From the NCBI GenBank assembly GCA_035623825.1, contig DASPSR010000030.1, positions 20,504 through 84,503 of the forward strand: a DNA stretch of 64,000 nt, given 5' to 3'. Every line of letters starts with the position of its first letter. Positions within the stretch are counted from its first letter, which is position 1. The DNA is from Nitrospirota bacterium (lineage in GTDB: Bacteria > Nitrospirota > UBA9217). The notes beneath the pieces are model-generated. The model had not been told where the DNA came from. It did no database searches and worked only from the letters and a program-made list of their open reading frames with translations. Made by a program: the position numbers and the translations under genes. Below, piece by piece: positions 61,770-64,000 of the stretch.

Positions 61770-62909
61770 ATGGAGCCCGTCCTCCGGATCTCCGGCCGCG
61801 GGGCAATTACTCTGACCCTGAAAGGCCTGACCTCCGGGCAGGCGACCGCCCTGCGCAAGTTCATCCGATCATCAAACAGCGGGACGAGCATCATCTGCGA
61901 TCCGTTGTCTGTCGTAGACCGCAGCGAATCATCGCCAGGTCTAGCCCTAACAGGAACTCCCGACCAACTGAAGCGCTTTCTCCGCGCGTTTGGCGCTCAC
62001 GACGACGCATCCGGAAATCTTTCCCAAAAGATGGACTCTCTGCTTGACAACTACCTGCGCTCAGATTATAAGATTACCTGCAGAGGGAGGATCCTTGAGC
62101 TTGGCAGCCGCACGCATGTCATGGGGATCCTGAACGTGACGCCCGATTCTTTTTCCGACGGGGGGCTTTATGCCAATGAGGAACGGGCATTTGCGCATGC
62201 GCGGGAGATGGCCACAGCAGGTGCGGACATCATCGATATCGGCGGAGAGTCCACGCGGCCCGGTGCGGAGCCCATATCCGAAGAGGAAGAGCTTCGCAGG
62301 ATTGTCCCCATCATCGGACGCATGGCGACCGAACTCATGGTACCTGTCTCGGTCGATACCTACAAATCGTCGGTCGCCAGACGCGCCCTGGAGGCCGGTG
62401 CATCGATCGTGAACGATATCAGCGGCCTCCGCTTCTCACCTGACATGGCGAGGATTGCAGCGGACTACGGTGCGGCTGTGGTCATCATGCACATAAAGGG
62501 CACACCTCGCGATATGCAGCAGAATCCTGTCTATGACGACGTGGTCGTCGAGGTCATGTCCTTTCTCGCAGAAGGGATTGAAATCGCCCTCAAGGCGGGT
62601 GTGGAACGGGAGAAAATCCTCATCGATCCGGGCATCGGATTTGGCAAGACGCTCGAGCACAACCTCACGCTCTTGGACCGTCTTGACGAGTTCCGAAGTC
62701 TGGGCAGGCCAATCGTGCTCGGGACATCAAGGAAGAAATTCATCGGGACGATCATCGGTATCCCAGTGCCGGATCAGCGAGATGACGGGACGGCTGCTAC
62801 CATCGCGTTCGGGATTGAGCGCGGCGCCAGCGTAGTCAGAGTCCATGACGTGGCGCGCATGGTGCGGGTGGCTCGCATGACGGATGCGGTTTTGAGGAAA
62901 GGCTCATGA
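61770..62909 (+). CDS. folP: Dihydropteroate synthase with N-terminal extension
   Basis: MGILNVTPDSFSDGG, GGESTRPG, DPGIGFGK, SRK, RVHDV. Confidence 0.95.
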   Translation: MEPVLRISGRGAITLTLKGLTSGQATALRKFIRSSNSGTSIICDPLSVVDRSESSPGLALTGTPDQLKRFLRAFGAHDDASGNLSQKMDSLLDNYLRSDYKITCRGRILELGSRTHVMGILNVTPDSFSDGGLYANEERAFAHAREMATAGADIIDIGGESTRPGAEPISEEEELRRIVPIIGRMATELMVPVSVDTYKSSVARRALEAGASIVNDISGLRFSPDMARIAADYGAAVVIMHIKGTPRDMQQNPVYDDVVVEVMSFLAEGIEIALKAGVEREKILIDPGIGFGKTLEHNLTLLDRLDEFRSLGRPIVLGTSRKKFIGTIIGIPVPDQRDDGTAATIAFGIERGASVVRVHDVARMVRVARMTDAVLRKGS

Positions 62910-62998
62910 TTCGAAATAACAATCTCAAATAACATCGAAATACTCAATTCGGCGCTATAGACGGATAAATTTGTCTTTTGGTGCGTGGATCTACGCTT

Positions 62999-63793
62999 AT
63001 GCTTATCAACTTCACCGCAATAAGGGAGGCCCTTGCTCACTACCGGTGGTTTCATGATACCATCGACATTGCGCTTGTCTACTACATCATCTACCGCCTC
63101 CTTCTGATCATCAGGGGTACCCGCGCGTTCCAGATGCTGGTAGGTATCGGCCTCATTATACTCGTGCTCATCGCCTCGCAGGCGCTCGAATTCCATACCC
63201 TTGACTGGCTAATCCACGGCGTCTGGTCTCAGATCGTTCTTGCCGTCGTGGTCCTGTTCCAGCCCGAAATACGGCGGGCACTGGCGCAGGTCGGTGAGCG
63301 CCATCTGTTCAGACCCCTTTCGCCTGTTGAGGAGTCCAAATTCATAGAGGAAACGGTAAAGGCCGCGGTTTCTATGGCCAACAAGAGGATTGGCTCTCTC
63401 ATTGTGCTTGAGCGCGATACGGACCTCTCGACCATCGTCGAGATGGGAACCGAACTCGACGCCAAGGTAACGAAGGAAATCCTTGTGAGTATCTTTCTCC
63501 CATATTCGCCGATACACGACGGGGCAGCGATCATCAGGAGCGGAAGAATCATAGCAGCAGGTTGCTTTCTGCCGCTGACATTGTCGTCGAACATTTCTAA
63601 GGCGCTTGGCACCCGCCACCGGGCCGCGGTAGGCTTGACCGAGGAAAGTGATGCCGTCGTGGTAGTGGTTTCTGAAGAGACGGGGGAAATCTCCGTTGTC
63701 ACGGGCGGTTCAATCGTGCACAACGCGGATGCATCGGCTCTTCGAAAGACTCTCTCAGACATCTTCGTCATGAAGAAGGACAGAAAGGTCTAA
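62999..63793 (+). CDS. cdaA: Diadenylate cyclase CdaA/DacA
   Basis: Three TMs, FQPEIRRAL, HDGA, GTRHRA, VSEETG. Confidence 0.93.
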   Translation: MLINFTAIREALAHYRWFHDTIDIALVYYIIYRLLLIIRGTRAFQMLVGIGLIILVLIASQALEFHTLDWLIHGVWSQIVLAVVVLFQPEIRRALAQVGERHLFRPLSPVEESKFIEETVKAAVSMANKRIGSLIVLERDTDLSTIVEMGTELDAKVTKEILVSIFLPYSPIHDGAAIIRSGRIIAAGCFLPLTLSSNISKALGTRHRAAVGLTEESDAVVVVVSEETGEISVVTGGSIVHNADASALRKTLSDIFVMKKDRKV

Positions 63794-64000
63794 ATGGATT
63801 ATCGCAAGCTGCTGTTGGACAACTGGGGCATCAAGATGGTATCGCTCGGCCTTTCACTCACGCTCTGGTTCTACGTCACCTCAAAAGGAAAGACGGAAAT
63901 GACACTTACCGTCCCCCTTGAAATGCGGAACATCCCCCAGGGGATGACAGTGGTAGGGGATGTGGCGGGAAGTCTGGAAGTGCGTGTGCAGGGACAGGAG
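63794..64000 (+). CDS. cdaR: CdaR/YbbR family protein, 5' part (truncated by window edge)
   Basis: MDYRKLLLDNWGIKMVSLGLSLTLWFYV...VPLE.RNIP...V.V.G, immediately after cdaA. Confidence 0.8.
   Translation, partial: MDYRKLLLDNWGIKMVSLGLSLTLWFYVTSKGKTEMTLTVPLEMRNIPQGMTVVGDVAGSLEVRVQGQE

Noticed and set aside
61770-62090. FolP N-terminal ~105-aa extension as a novelty
   Set aside because: To my knowledge long-form FolP proteins are common in anaerobic lineages, and the ftsH-folP-cdaA context is ordinary.
1-64000. CRISPR array, rRNA, prophage, integrase or intact transposase
   Set aside because: No regularly spaced repeats or recognisable motifs were found by eye in the sequence or ORF track.

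Overview
Bacterial (diderm) chromosomal window. Gene content (hopanoid genes, multiheme cytochrome, tilS-hpt-ftsH-folP-cdaA-cdaR) resembles Nitrospirota/Desulfobacterota-type anaerobes, which is an inference. From left to right: the end of a hopanoid operon (hpnA, DUF116, hpnH, CruF-like); a PagL-like barrel; a 7-heme cytochrome; a BaeSR-Spy-MdtABC-YncE envelope stress/efflux locus; a mosaic, partly decaying accessory region (about 18-44.6 kb); housekeeping genes; tRNA-CAT; and the tilS...cdaR block. Best leads: (1) an exported DUF1573 protein whose SCGC motif reads S-UGA-G-C, followed by a SECIS-like hairpin (candidate selenoprotein); (2) an apparent sigma54-controlled envelope/lipid biosynthetic system. 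It comprises an NtrC-type activator, a consensus -24/-12 promoter, a duplicated receiver, HAD phosphatase, class III aminotransferase, ACP, ketosynthase and a Cys-nucleophile hydrolase. Its adjacent kinase is a pseudogene, while an intact paralogous kinase, a second sigma54 promoter (on a glmS copy) and a GT39 glycosyltransferase lie nearby. All family assignments were made by eye from motifs; no searches were run.
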